Shown here one piece after another: positions 11,055 to 20,000 of a stretch of 20,000 nt of DNA; positions within the stretch are counted from its first letter, which is position 1, and each line of letters starts with the position of its first letter. The position numbers were made by a program, and so were the translations under genes. This DNA is from Thelocarpon superellum. Its lineage: Eukaryota. The stretch spans positions 54,360 through 74,359 of the forward strand of contig JAPEUG010000037.1 in NCBI GenBank assembly GCA_026025795.1, read 5' to 3'. The notes beneath the pieces are model-generated. The model was not told where the DNA came from and searched no databases. It saw only the letters and a list, made by a program, of their open reading frames with translations.

Positions 11055-13095
11055 ATGGACCGACGGTTCGGGGCGAAGGGGCCAGCGAAGCGTGACGACC
11101 GAACTGCATCACAGCCTCGGACACCGAGGCATGTGGAGCACGAGGTCAGGTCGAATGAGCGAGCGATGGATGGTCCAGTGGCGATGAGACGGCGGGGATA
11201 TCCCCAGGTGCGATCCGCCGCAAATGATGGGTCCTTTAGTGTTGTGCGGCCTGTGGCCCAGGTATGTGGAGCAGCAATCCCGTCTTGCCATGAACCGACG
11301 CTGACGCTTCGCAGCGAGCGACATCGTCATCTTTCAATCCTCCTACTTCCATCGCTACGGCCCCGGCTCCTACAGGCACAGGACTCGACGATTCCTCTTT
11401 ATTTCGCGGCGGGACCTCGACCTTTCAAGGCGTTGGCACATCCGCCCTGGTCGGCTTGACGACTGCCTCGAGCCCCCCCAACATCACACCCTCAACCTCT
11501 CTACTCCCCTCCGCCACTCCTACGTCCATCTCATCCACCACTGCGGCGCCCACGGCGTCCGAATCCAAGGGTAGTTCGGACAACAACAGCAGCAAGATCA
11601 CGCCCTACATCATTGCCGGAGCCTCAGTCGGTATGTGCGTTGACATCCCCACCATCGATCCATCTAACTTGCGGCAGGTGGCTTGATCGTGGCGACTATC
11701 GTCATTTGGTTGGTCATTCGATGTGTGAAACGGTCGAGACGAGCACAAAGGACGCGGGACGAGATGCCAGCACCGCCAGCGAAACGAGTGCAATCGGGCG
11801 ATTGGAACGACTCGATGACGTTTGCAAGTGGCAGCAAGAGCAAAGAGGACCAGCTACATTTCTTTGATTCGTCTGTCGCCTCGGTTCGAACGGAGAGTCC
11901 TCAAGGCGAGCCGTGGGCGCCGCCGCCGCTGAAGCTCGCGCCGAGTAGTTTCATCGGCCGCGAACGTGGCGATCTTGTGCGGGCGACCATTAGCCGGCAC
12001 CCGTTGGCGACCTTGGACGAGCACGCCTTCTTCTGTGAACCGGACCGATACGAAGAGCGGGCTGCGGCCACGGCGCCTCAAGCTCGCAAGGCGAGTCTCC
12101 GTCAACCTGGCATGACGCAGCAGATGCCGTTTGGCACCAGTGGGGATGGTAGCCGACAGGTGTCGACGGACGAATCATCGCTGTCCAGTGGTCCTGGCGA
12201 CATGACGGCACCGCCGCCCGCCGCCAACCCGTTTACCAACCTACTCCCGAACCGACCGCGACGATCGCGAATCCCATCTAGCTGGAAGCTCAGCCGGCTG
12301 TCATCCAACCCAAGCAACGCGCCGCGGACGCCGGCACCAAGCGTGCGAGAGTCGGTGGCAACGTCCGTGGGGACGTCAGTGGAGAGCGTCGCCCGTTTCC
12401 GCAGCGTACACGGGTGGGTGGACTACCAGAGCAGCCGGGCGGACCGACAGTCCGAATATCCGGACGACCTCGAGACCTTTACCTTTTTCGACGACGGCAA
12501 CGTCAGCCGCGTTGCCAGCTCCAACGGGAGCGGCAAGGGGCCCGGACGGGAAAGCCTAAGCACCGTGAGCACGCTGCGACCCTTTGATTTTCCTGCCCCG
12601 CCGGAGCCGCAGGCCTATGGCTTCCCTACGCCCGACAACGACGATGCCCGAAAGACGTGGATCACGGAACGGGAGGCACGGTCGGTGTACGGGGACCTCT
12701 TCTCGTCCGACTACAACGCGAACGCCTCTCTCCCGCCCTCAAACGTGCAATCACGCCAGCCGTCTCGACGCACACCGCCAAACCGGCATGACAGCTCCCG
12801 CACGGACACGATGTACAAGTTCTACACCGAGGAAGACGACTACATGACCGAATACGGGCGAGAGGCGCCAGAGCGAAGCTGGGTGGAACCACCTGTCCCG
12901 CCGCTCTCGCGGCCCGCCGGCTCGCGAACGCGACACAACCTCCCCAACGACCGAGGCGGTGACCCGAACAACGTCCACCGTATGGATAGCACCAGCACGG
13001 CAACGGTCTTCCGGTATCACCCGGGCGAAGAAGTGCCGCTGGCGCGACATAGTCGGGTCAGCAGCGTCGAGCTCGACCAGTCATTGGGTCATTAG
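11055..13095 (+). CDS. Uncharacterised single-pass membrane protein: Ser/Thr-rich N-region, one TM helix, long disordered cytoplasmic tail (about 646 aa, 3 exons)
   Basis: Predicted exons are 11055-11261, 11315-11630 and 11678-13095. Introns 11262-11314 (CAG|GTATGT..GCTGAC..GCAG) and 11631-11677 (G|GTATGT..CTAAC..CAG) keep the frame. Splicing builds the TM segment YIIAGASVGGLIVATIVIWLVI followed by the basic stop-transfer RCVKRSRR. The start codon is uncertain (11055, or the later in-frame ATGs near 11166 and 11184). Confidence 0.78.
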
Positions 13096-13350
13096 TCGGA
13101 GGGTCAGAAAAAGCGGGGAAGTTTGGAGGACCACCGATAGGAATCTTATGCTAGTGTGATGACGGAGGATGACTTACAGGGCGCTTCTTTTCGGTGTGAT
13201 GACGAGAAGATGAGATGGATGAAGACGAGATGCGGACGCGGTTGACGACGAGAGACGAGGCATTTGATTTGAGTCGAGTTGGCAGGATAACACGGCGGCA
13301 GTCTTGGTCTTGTCCTTTTCTTCTTGCCTGGCGTTACGGATGACTGGGCA

Positions 13351-13495
13351 CGGATGGACGGACGGACAAACGGACAAACGGACGGATGGCTGGACGGAAT
13401 GCACGGATCGGTAGGGATGGGATATGAATGAGCAGAGGGGTAGGATAGGATAAGAGATTAACAACCGATCAATCAATCAATCAATCAACCAATCA
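13351..13495. repeat. Microsatellite cluster (GGAC/GGAT)n and (ATCA)n in the convergent 3' region
   Basis: cggatggacggacggacaaacggacaaacggacggatgg at 13351-13389, and (ATCA)5-ACCA-ATCA at 13468-13495. Confidence 0.85.
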
Positions 13496-13737
13496 GTATG
13501 ACTCATACAATCGTACTACCACACCCACATACACTTCGCACATCGTCTCATGGCAATCTTGTCGTTTCCATGTCCTCATTTCGCAATCGCACTTCATACC
13601 AAAAACCAAGGCAAGCTGTACAGGCAGACGTAGAGGAGTAGTAGGGATAGGAGTAAGGGGAGTAAGAGAAGAGAGGAGTAATATACAAATGACGGCAAAG
13701 ACGCATCTGAGTATTCCGCTCCAATGCCTTTCCCTTT

Positions 13738-13838
13738 CGCTTCCGCTTCCGCTTCCGCTTGCTGAGCCCATGTCAACGAGGCCAAATTCAGAACTAACGC
13801 CGCCTTGCCTCCATGCACACACGCACACGCACACACAC
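13738..13838. repeat. (CGCTTC)n and (CA/CACG)n microsatellites just downstream of the fzo1 stop
   Basis: cgcttccgcttccgcttccgctt at 13738-13760, and gcacacacgcacacgcacacacac at 13815-13838. Confidence 0.8.
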
Positions 13839-13845
13839 CAATCAC

Positions 13846-16783
13846 TTATTCCTCTCCAGCCGCACCGCCCATCCCCTCCAAATCGACCGCGTTGACCATC
13901 CGACGAATCTCCGCGCTGGAACGCGTAAGATTGGTAAAGTATTTCCGGGCCACTTCGCTCTCGCTGCGCGTGCGGGCCGTGTCGTCACGGCGCTGCACCA
14001 GCTTCTCGACGCTGCGTTGCAGGCCGACGCGCAGATTGTCGGCGGGGAACCGGAGCACTTTGCGTACTTCGTTCGAGATCCGCGTGCTGTTTGTGTGCGT
14101 GTAGTCGAGCGTCGACAGCGAGGTGGAGAGTTTGCTGGAGAGTCGTCGTGGGAGCGATGTAGGGATGCTGAGCAGTATGTAGCTTGTCGTCGCCACCACT
14201 GGGAGAGGTGTTAGTGTCGTTCTAGTACAGGAGGGGAGGGGAGGGGAGGGAAAAGGAGCACTCACCGGCTACGACCAGGCCTGGAATAATCATCTGCCGC
14301 ACGCCTCGCGTGCCAAACACCTTCATGGCGCCCATGACGCCGTCGACCCAGCCGACCCCACCGACCACTCGACCTCCCAAGAGACCCACGACCGTCATGG
14401 CCATGCCGGTGCCCGCGACCTTTTCCTGCCGCTGCAGGAGGCCGGAGACGTCGAAGAAATCCCAGATCTCAATCGGCGTGTCCACTTGTCGCGCTAGGGC
14501 GTCGCGTCGACTGCGGAACATGATGTTCGATCGGAATGACAGCGACATGTCAGTGTACTCGTCTCCTAGGTGCAGGTGTCCCAGGTCGCTGATGCTCGAT
14601 ACCCCCTGCACGCTACGATCGCGTGCGTGATCCTCGCAGGCCGCCACGGCCAGGGAGATCTGGCCCAGCATCGCCGTCTTGATGTCTTCGGCGTACTGGA
14701 AGGCATCCCATAGTCCGGGATACGGCACGCCGAGATCGTCTTCGGCCACCCGTTCGATGGCGCTCGACAGCGTCGTCCGCGTGTAGGTGTAGATGTCCGA
14801 ACACGTTTCTTCGATCGTCCGGTCAATGTCGTCGCTGACTTCTGCCCGTGCCTTCTTCGACTGCTCGTAGACCGGCTCTAGCTCGTCCAGCTCCTTGGTC
14901 ACCCGCTCCAGCTCCGCCTGTGCTACCTCGCGATTGACCGTCGACAGCGAGTTGAGATCGCCCAGCACATTCAGTAGGTAGGTCTTCGCTGGAGCGAGCT
15001 TCGACCGCGCTCGCTTTTCCAGCACGAATCGTCGGAGTGCTTGCTCGAGCTCGTCAAAGTCTCGCTCCTTTTCCTTGTCTTTCCCCTTGTCCTGTTTCGC
15101 CACGTCCCCTTCTTCGCCATGTTTGCCTTGAGGCTCCTCTTCGTCCACCTCTTCCCCGAAACCATCGTCTCGGTCCGGTTCGCCACCCCCTCCACCGCCA
15201 CCGCCACCGCCACCACCACTGCTCTCCCCTGTGACAGGTGGTATAGGGATCGCGTTGCTGGACACGAAATGTACCAACTCCGAGGACTCTTTGAAGGTGC
15301 GCGGGCTGAGCTTGCCCACCTGCTCCAGAATCATCCGCTGACATCGGTCTTTGTCTCGGATCTGATCAAAGCCGTTGACGACGATGAAGATGTATGCCTT
15401 TTCTCGTGCCGCGTTCCAGATGAACTCTTTGGCGGACAGGGTGAAGTGGTTTGCGGCCGACACGACAAACACCACCACGTCAATCTCCTCCTGTCGAGCA
15501 AACACGGCCGTGGTCTTGAGAGAATCCAGGTTGAGTCCCGGCGCGTCGATGATGGAAATGTCCACCACGCCATTGTTGAGGAGCGACTGATCCACCGAGC
15601 GAATGTCCTTGACGTAGACCTTGGCCTGCGTATACCGGTCGTTGTCCACGACAATCTTCTCCAGCTCCGTCAAGCCGTAGACATCGTATGTGCTCTCGTC
15701 GTGGCGGTTGTACTGCGCATCCTTGTGGACGGCGTGCACCTCCTCCGTCCCTCCGTTCTCCCGGGCGTCCAATACCTCACAGAACAGGCTCGTACACGGC
15801 TGCTGATCGACCGGAAGCACCTTCCGCCGCAGTAAGGCGTTGCAGAAGGTCGACTTGCCCGCGTTGAGATCCCCCGTCACCAGCACTTTGCTCGACGTGT
15901 CCTCGATTCGTTCACGAAGGGCGAGGAGGTGGCGAATGCTCTGGCTGATCTTGCCGTCGAGAAGCGAGGCGATGGAATGCTTCTCCAGCGAATGGACCAG
16001 CTCTGTCTGCGACAGCGCCCCCAGGTTGAGATCGATCTTCAGGACGGAAAAGTCATGCGCAATCTGCGGCGTGATCAGCCGTGGTTCCGCCTCGGCTCGA
16101 ACCTCGGCCGCCTTGCTTGACTCGGCTTCGGCTTCGGCTTCGGCTCCATTGGTGGACCCAGCGGTGAACGCACGCCGCAGTCCACTTGGCCGAGCCGGTC
16201 CGGGTGCAGGGCCAGCCGTCGATTGCGTGTGCACGAGCCCCGGACGGGGGTCAGCGCGCTGTGGCGCGGGAGTCGTCTCGGGTCGTTGCACCGTTGGATA
16301 GATAGCTGGCCACTCCGCGTTCTTCTCTTGCAGGCCGCGGAGCGTCTCTACAGTGCGACTGATGGCGCGGCCCAGGGCGACGCGGTTCTGGTTGTAGAAG
16401 AGTTGGTGCACGTGGCTCGCCAGCACTCGGCGCTCATTCTCTGCTGCTGGGTTGGTCTCGCCAGGCAGGACGGGGACGTGTGGGGGAGTGGGCATGTCTG
16501 TTGTCATGTCGGGATGCCATCCTATCGCCTCGCCATCACTCGGGGGACCGTCCCCACCCATGATGCTCCCGTAGCCCGAGTCTTGGTCCAGGAGGGCCGT
16601 CAGGGCTGCGGCGGACGATGAGGTGGCGCCAGAGCCGACCGTCAGGTACTCGGGCCGGGTGGAAGTGGGAGGCATGAAGTCATTTGACGCTCGACGTTTG
16701 GCTCGCGACCGTGATGGCGCGTTCGATGACGGGCCAGCACTACTCGAGGCACCGGCGTCGGCACTCATATACTCTTGGCTCAT
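13846..16783 (-). CDS. fzo1: Mitofusin, mitochondrial outer-membrane fusion dynamin-like GTPase Fzo1, about 956 aa, 2 exons
   Basis: Exon 1 is 16783-14266. The intron is 14265-14199 (G|GTGAGT..CTAAC..CAG). Exon 2 is 14198-13846. GTPase motifs: G1 GDLNAGKS, G2 DQQPCT, G3 DAPG, G4-like NGFD. Further motifs: LRRFVLEKRARSKLAPAKTYL, a hydrophobic TM region (GMAMTVVGLLGG..IIPGLVVAVVATTSYILL), and a C-terminal heptad region RISNEVRKVLRFP..VARKYF. Confidence 0.95.
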
Positions 16784-17079
16784 GATGCCACGAATTGTTC
16801 TCGCGCTTAAAGAGAGGTGAGCTGGGGAGGCGTCAACACAGGCAGAGGTGGGAGGGTGAGATCATGATTATGATGGTCGACTTGCTCGATATTCCCAAAC
16901 TCGGCTACACGACGACGTTGTGTTGGGAGATGACATAATCAGGTCTTTGTCACGGGAAGGGCAGCAGGACATGCCGCTCTGGTAGCCGTACGCACTTTTT
17001 GACGCTAGAGTCTGACTGGGCCAAACATCGGGTTCTAGCGGTGTAAGGCTTCGACGTAACTAAGTTATAGGCACATCCC

Positions 17080-17158
17080 TAACTGGACGCCTAACTGGAG
17101 GTCCGGTTAGAGGCGTAACTGGAGCGTCTTTGTATCCACGTCGCTGCTCAACTGGAGC
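17080..17158. repeat. Cluster of short YAACTGGA repeats, including an inverted copy that forms a hairpin
   Basis: TAACTGGA at 17080, 17092 and 17116; CAACTGGA at 17149; inverted TCCGGTTA at 17102-17109. Confidence 0.7.
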
Positions 17159-17722
17159 AGGTCGCGAAGCATACCAGCGCCAGCAAGATGCACCACACAA
17201 ACCTGAGCAACATGGAGCTCATGGCCTAGGCATGGGCCAAAGGAACCGAAGCACACGATAGCATGGCAGCCATCTCCTCCGAATACCGTGATCGGGCCAG
17301 TGAGCGACCACGCGTGTTCAATCAGCCTAAACGGCCTACGCCATCCGCGAGCACTTCTACCACGGCCACGTTGGCAGAGAGCAAGACACCAGCCGTGGGG
17401 CCCGACGCAGCCACGCCCTCTTCCTCCTCGACCGGCGCGCCCGACGCAAGCACAGGCGCAAGCGCGGTCGCCACCACAAGCAAAGGGGCTAACCCGCTCG
17501 GCCAAATGGGGTGGAGTGCAGGCGCAGGCCTACGGGCGTCTGGTGCAGGCATCGTGGCACCCCTGGCCACCGACCTCGACATGCAAGGCGTCGGTCGGCC
17601 TAGGCGCTCAAGGACGCAAGATCGGCGATGTGGCCAGAGAGGCTGATCGCAAGACCCGCAGCACCTCTGAGTCCTTTGCTAAACGGTCGCGCGATGTTAC
17701 TAAGGAGCGATTTGAGCGGCGG
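17155..17722 (+). pseudogene. 5'-truncated disabled fragment of an RBM5/RBM10-like gene (tail of C2H2 zinc finger, YRDRA motif, C-terminal G-patch)
   Basis: Frame 1 reads EQVAKHTSASKMHHTNLSNMELMA*AWAK..EYRDRASERPRVFNQPKRP..SKGANPLGQMGWSAGAGLRASGAGIVAPLATDLDMQGVG. After the GTCG duplication (17590-17597), frame 2 continues LGAQGRKIGDVAREADRKTRSTSESFAKRSRDVTKERFERR. There is an in-frame TAG at 17227-17229. This layout matches the C-terminus of fungal RBM5/RBM10-type splicing factors as I know them. Confidence 0.75.
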
Positions 17723-17791
17723 GGAGATCATCACCTGTACTTGATCGGACGGGGGTCAAGATCTGATGAAAATGTAGTTCTAGAAAAGGAT

Positions 17792-17833
17792 GGAGGAGGA
17801 GGAGAAGAAGAAGAAGAAGAAGAAGAAGAAGAA
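17792..17833 (+). repeat. (GGA)4(GAA)10 trinucleotide microsatellite
   Basis: ggaggaggagga followed by ten GAA units at 17804-17833. Confidence 0.95.
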
Positions 17834-17894
17834 GACGTAGATGAAGTCTATACACAGATCCACCACCATCAACACCTCTCCGCCCGGGCTAATC

Positions 17895-18743
17895 TCAGAA
17901 ATCCCAAACCCCGGTCGCGAGACCCTTGATAGTCGAGCCCAAGGACTTGAGCTCACAGTGGGCATCAACGCCCTCAGCAGCCTTGAGCACATTACGAATA
18001 CAGCGCTGACCCCTGGTTTCCTTACCCTGGAACCACGCCCAGGAATACGTCGTGCGGGCGGGAAAGATCAGATCGAGGGCGAACGAAGAGCCGCTACCGC
18101 CCTCACCATATTTGCACCCAGGCAAGGAGTAGTAGAAGCATTCGTTTTCGTTGCCCTTGGCCCCGTGCAGCTGCTCGAAGACGCGCGCCCCGCACCCGCC
18201 TGGATCTTGCGGCCGCGTCTCCGGCTCTTCCACGACGATTGTCACGAGCGTCGACGTGCCCCCAACGTTCCATAGTGCGCATTTGCCCATGATTGCTGTG
18301 CTGGGTGTCGCTGGGGGCACTGGCGGCACTGGGGAGCCGCTGTGGGCGGCGGAGGCGTTTGCACCGGCGGGGGCCTGGGGCGCGGGGACGGAGCCGCCGG
18401 ACGGGATGGCCATCAGGGTCACGACGGCGGCGGCGATCTGGCTTACTGTTTCCGGCTCGGTTTCGGTGTTGTTGGCTGCGTTGGAGTTGAGAGTGGAAGA
18501 GGAAGAGGAAGAGGAAGAGGAGTTGGAGATGGAGTCCGCGTTGGTATCGGGCGCAACCCCCATGACGGATGTCGTATTCAATCTTCCTGGTCCCTCTCGT
18601 CGTCTGCTTAGGTCGGATAGGCCGGGGTGCCGGGGGAAGAAGAGCGAAGACTCGGATCCGAAAGGGATTGCTTGTGCTTGGAGGAGGAACAGCAGGCTGA
18701 TATACAGCGTGCTTCCTTGCTGGAAGAGGTACGGAAGATGCAT
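17895..18743 (-). CDS. Hypothetical secreted protein (282 aa): signal peptide, low-complexity Ser/Ala/Pro linker, C-terminal 6-Cys domain (effector-like)
   Basis: Intronless ATG-to-stop ORF. The hydrophobic stretch LYISLLFLLQAQA ends in an AxA cleavage motif. A dibasic run RRR follows, then several NxS/T sites and a poly-Ser encoded by a hexamer repeat. All six Cys lie in the last ~130 aa. Confidence 0.7.
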   Translation of the reverse strand: MHLPYLFQQGSTLYISLLFLLQAQAIPFGSESSLFFPRHPGLSDLSRRREGPGRLNTTSVMGVAPDTNADSISNSSSSSSSSSTLNSNAANNTETEPETVSQIAAAVVTLMAIPSGGSVPAPQAPAGANASAAHSGSPVPPVPPATPSTAIMGKCALWNVGGTSTLVTIVVEEPETRPQDPGGCGARVFEQLHGAKGNENECFYYSLPGCKYGEGGSGSSFALDLIFPARTTYSWAWFQGKETRGQRCIRNVLKAAEGVDAHCELKSLGSTIKGLATGVWDF

Positions 18744-20000
18744 CTCTTCTTCAGTTCCTGTCGGATTTGGTGTCTCTCTGCTCTTCTTCTTCTTCTCTTC
18801 TCTTCTTCTTCTCTGTTCTCCTGGGACGATCTGGCGCGTTCCCCGCTCGGTGCTTATGCCAGCTCCGTCCCGTGTGCCTGCTTCAACTCAATCCCGTCGG
18901 TGCTCGGTCGTGACATGTCACGTCTATCAAGGGCCACCAAAAGCACTGAGGGGAACGACGAGGGAAGGGAAACGGAAGAACACACGTGCGCCATTTTAAG
19001 GCTCAGAGGAATCATGGGCACAGTGGCTCGCGCGGTGCTAACCCGCCTACTCAAAAGAGGATGCAGCACCGAGGCTTACACAAGGATGACGTTAAACATG
19101 CCCATAGTCAAAACGCGGTGGTACTGTGGCATGGATTAGATTCGGCCCCTTCCTCTATCATGCTCTGCTGGCATGAGAACACGTGGAGGGAAATCCAAGG
19201 AATGAGATATTATCGTGCTGTAGTGGTACGCGTACACGAGTGATACCGCCATCACTGCCAAACGAAAGTCTGCATGATGAGGAAGGATTCGCATCCATGC
19301 GGAAAGGATCGATCCCACCAGCCTTAGCCGTCCGTATCAGCCGAGCGGTTTTGTTATAGCTTGTCGATGCCACAGGCACTTCCACTGTTTCATCGCATGT
19401 GGCGTTCCGTGCGTCTGGTTGCTTGCGCCCATGCCGGCTCCGGTATCAATACTTGTGCTTGTCCTTCTCATCTACTGCAATTGCCTATGGTGGACAGGGT
19501 CGTACTTGTCCCACAGCTAGCTAATGACGGCACCTAACGCACGATGCGGGATTGTCGAGAGAGGGTGCAGTGGCCTCGGATCAATGATAACATATAGCAA
19601 CGTGTACGCTGGATGAGCTCCCAGGTGGCCAATGCCACTGATAGATGCAGTGATGATCTAGTCGCCAATCGTCTGATGGCCCTTGCGACGACGAGCCTAC
19701 AGCTCGGCGGGTTCGAATGGACGTCATCGGCTGTTTCGAGGACCACAAGGATTGTAGGGCTGTAACCCAGTAACAGGCTTCGCCTTGTGTAACAGAGTTG
19801 AACTCCTCTGCCCATCTGCTAGGCGCCTGTGAGGCTGGATATTGTTGCGCATTGGGGGATACCATGTCGATTGTATCAAGGCTGGCTATGTTACTAAAAC
19901 TCCGCTTGGGTCTCCCCATACTGAATATGTGGGAACCTCTAAAGCGGCATTCCCTGTTCTGCCCTTTGCAACCAGCTGTTGTAGCTGCAGATTATGTCAT

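Noticed and set aside
15041..16621. Long plus-strand ORFs (264, 153, 132 aa)
   Set aside because: Antisense shadows of fzo1 caused by codon bias.
1..16783. Apparent ubiquitin-themed cluster (DSC ligase, arrestin adaptor, Fzo1)
   Set aside because: These are conserved housekeeping genes from different compartments, interspersed with unrelated genes; there is no evidence of functional clustering.
17288..17929. 213-aa ORF with poly-Glu taken as an intact gene
   Set aside because: GTG start; only its central ~40 codons are meaningful (the post-frameshift G-patch gene tail), and the poly-E is just the GAA microsatellite.
18151..18999. 282-aa plus-strand ORF antisense to the secreted protein
   Set aside because: TTG start and mirror composition (poly-E from the poly-Ser codons); the minus-strand ORF has an ATG, a signal peptide and a structured Cys pattern.
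19520..19919. Minus-strand ORFs and a GHLG motif reminiscent of a gypsy integrase zinc-binding domain
   Set aside because: No in-frame CxxC follows, and there are no other retroelement motifs or LTRs.

Overview
GC-rich eukaryotic DNA from a filamentous ascomycete (short GT-AG introns of 47-70 nt with CTRAC-type branch points). In order, the window holds: the 5' end of a DSC/Tul1 Golgi E3 ligase gene (dscA-like, minus strand, missed by the ORF track); a 7-exon multi-BRCT replication/checkpoint scaffold (rad4/cut5/Dpb11-like, minus); a divergently transcribed Aly1/Aly2-type alpha-arrestin (plus); about 3.2 kb with no supportable gene; an uncharacterised 3-exon single-pass membrane protein (plus); the mitofusin fzo1 (minus); and a secreted 6-Cys effector-like protein (minus). 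The main hidden feature is a 5'-truncated, disabled copy of the 3' end of an RBM5/RBM10-like G-patch gene (about 17155-17722). It is split across two reading frames by a 4-bp duplication, carries an in-frame TAG, and lies between a TAACTGGA repeat/hairpin cluster and a (GAA)10 tract. No tRNA, rRNA, CRISPR array or intact mobile element was found. Family assignments come from recognised motifs, not database searches.
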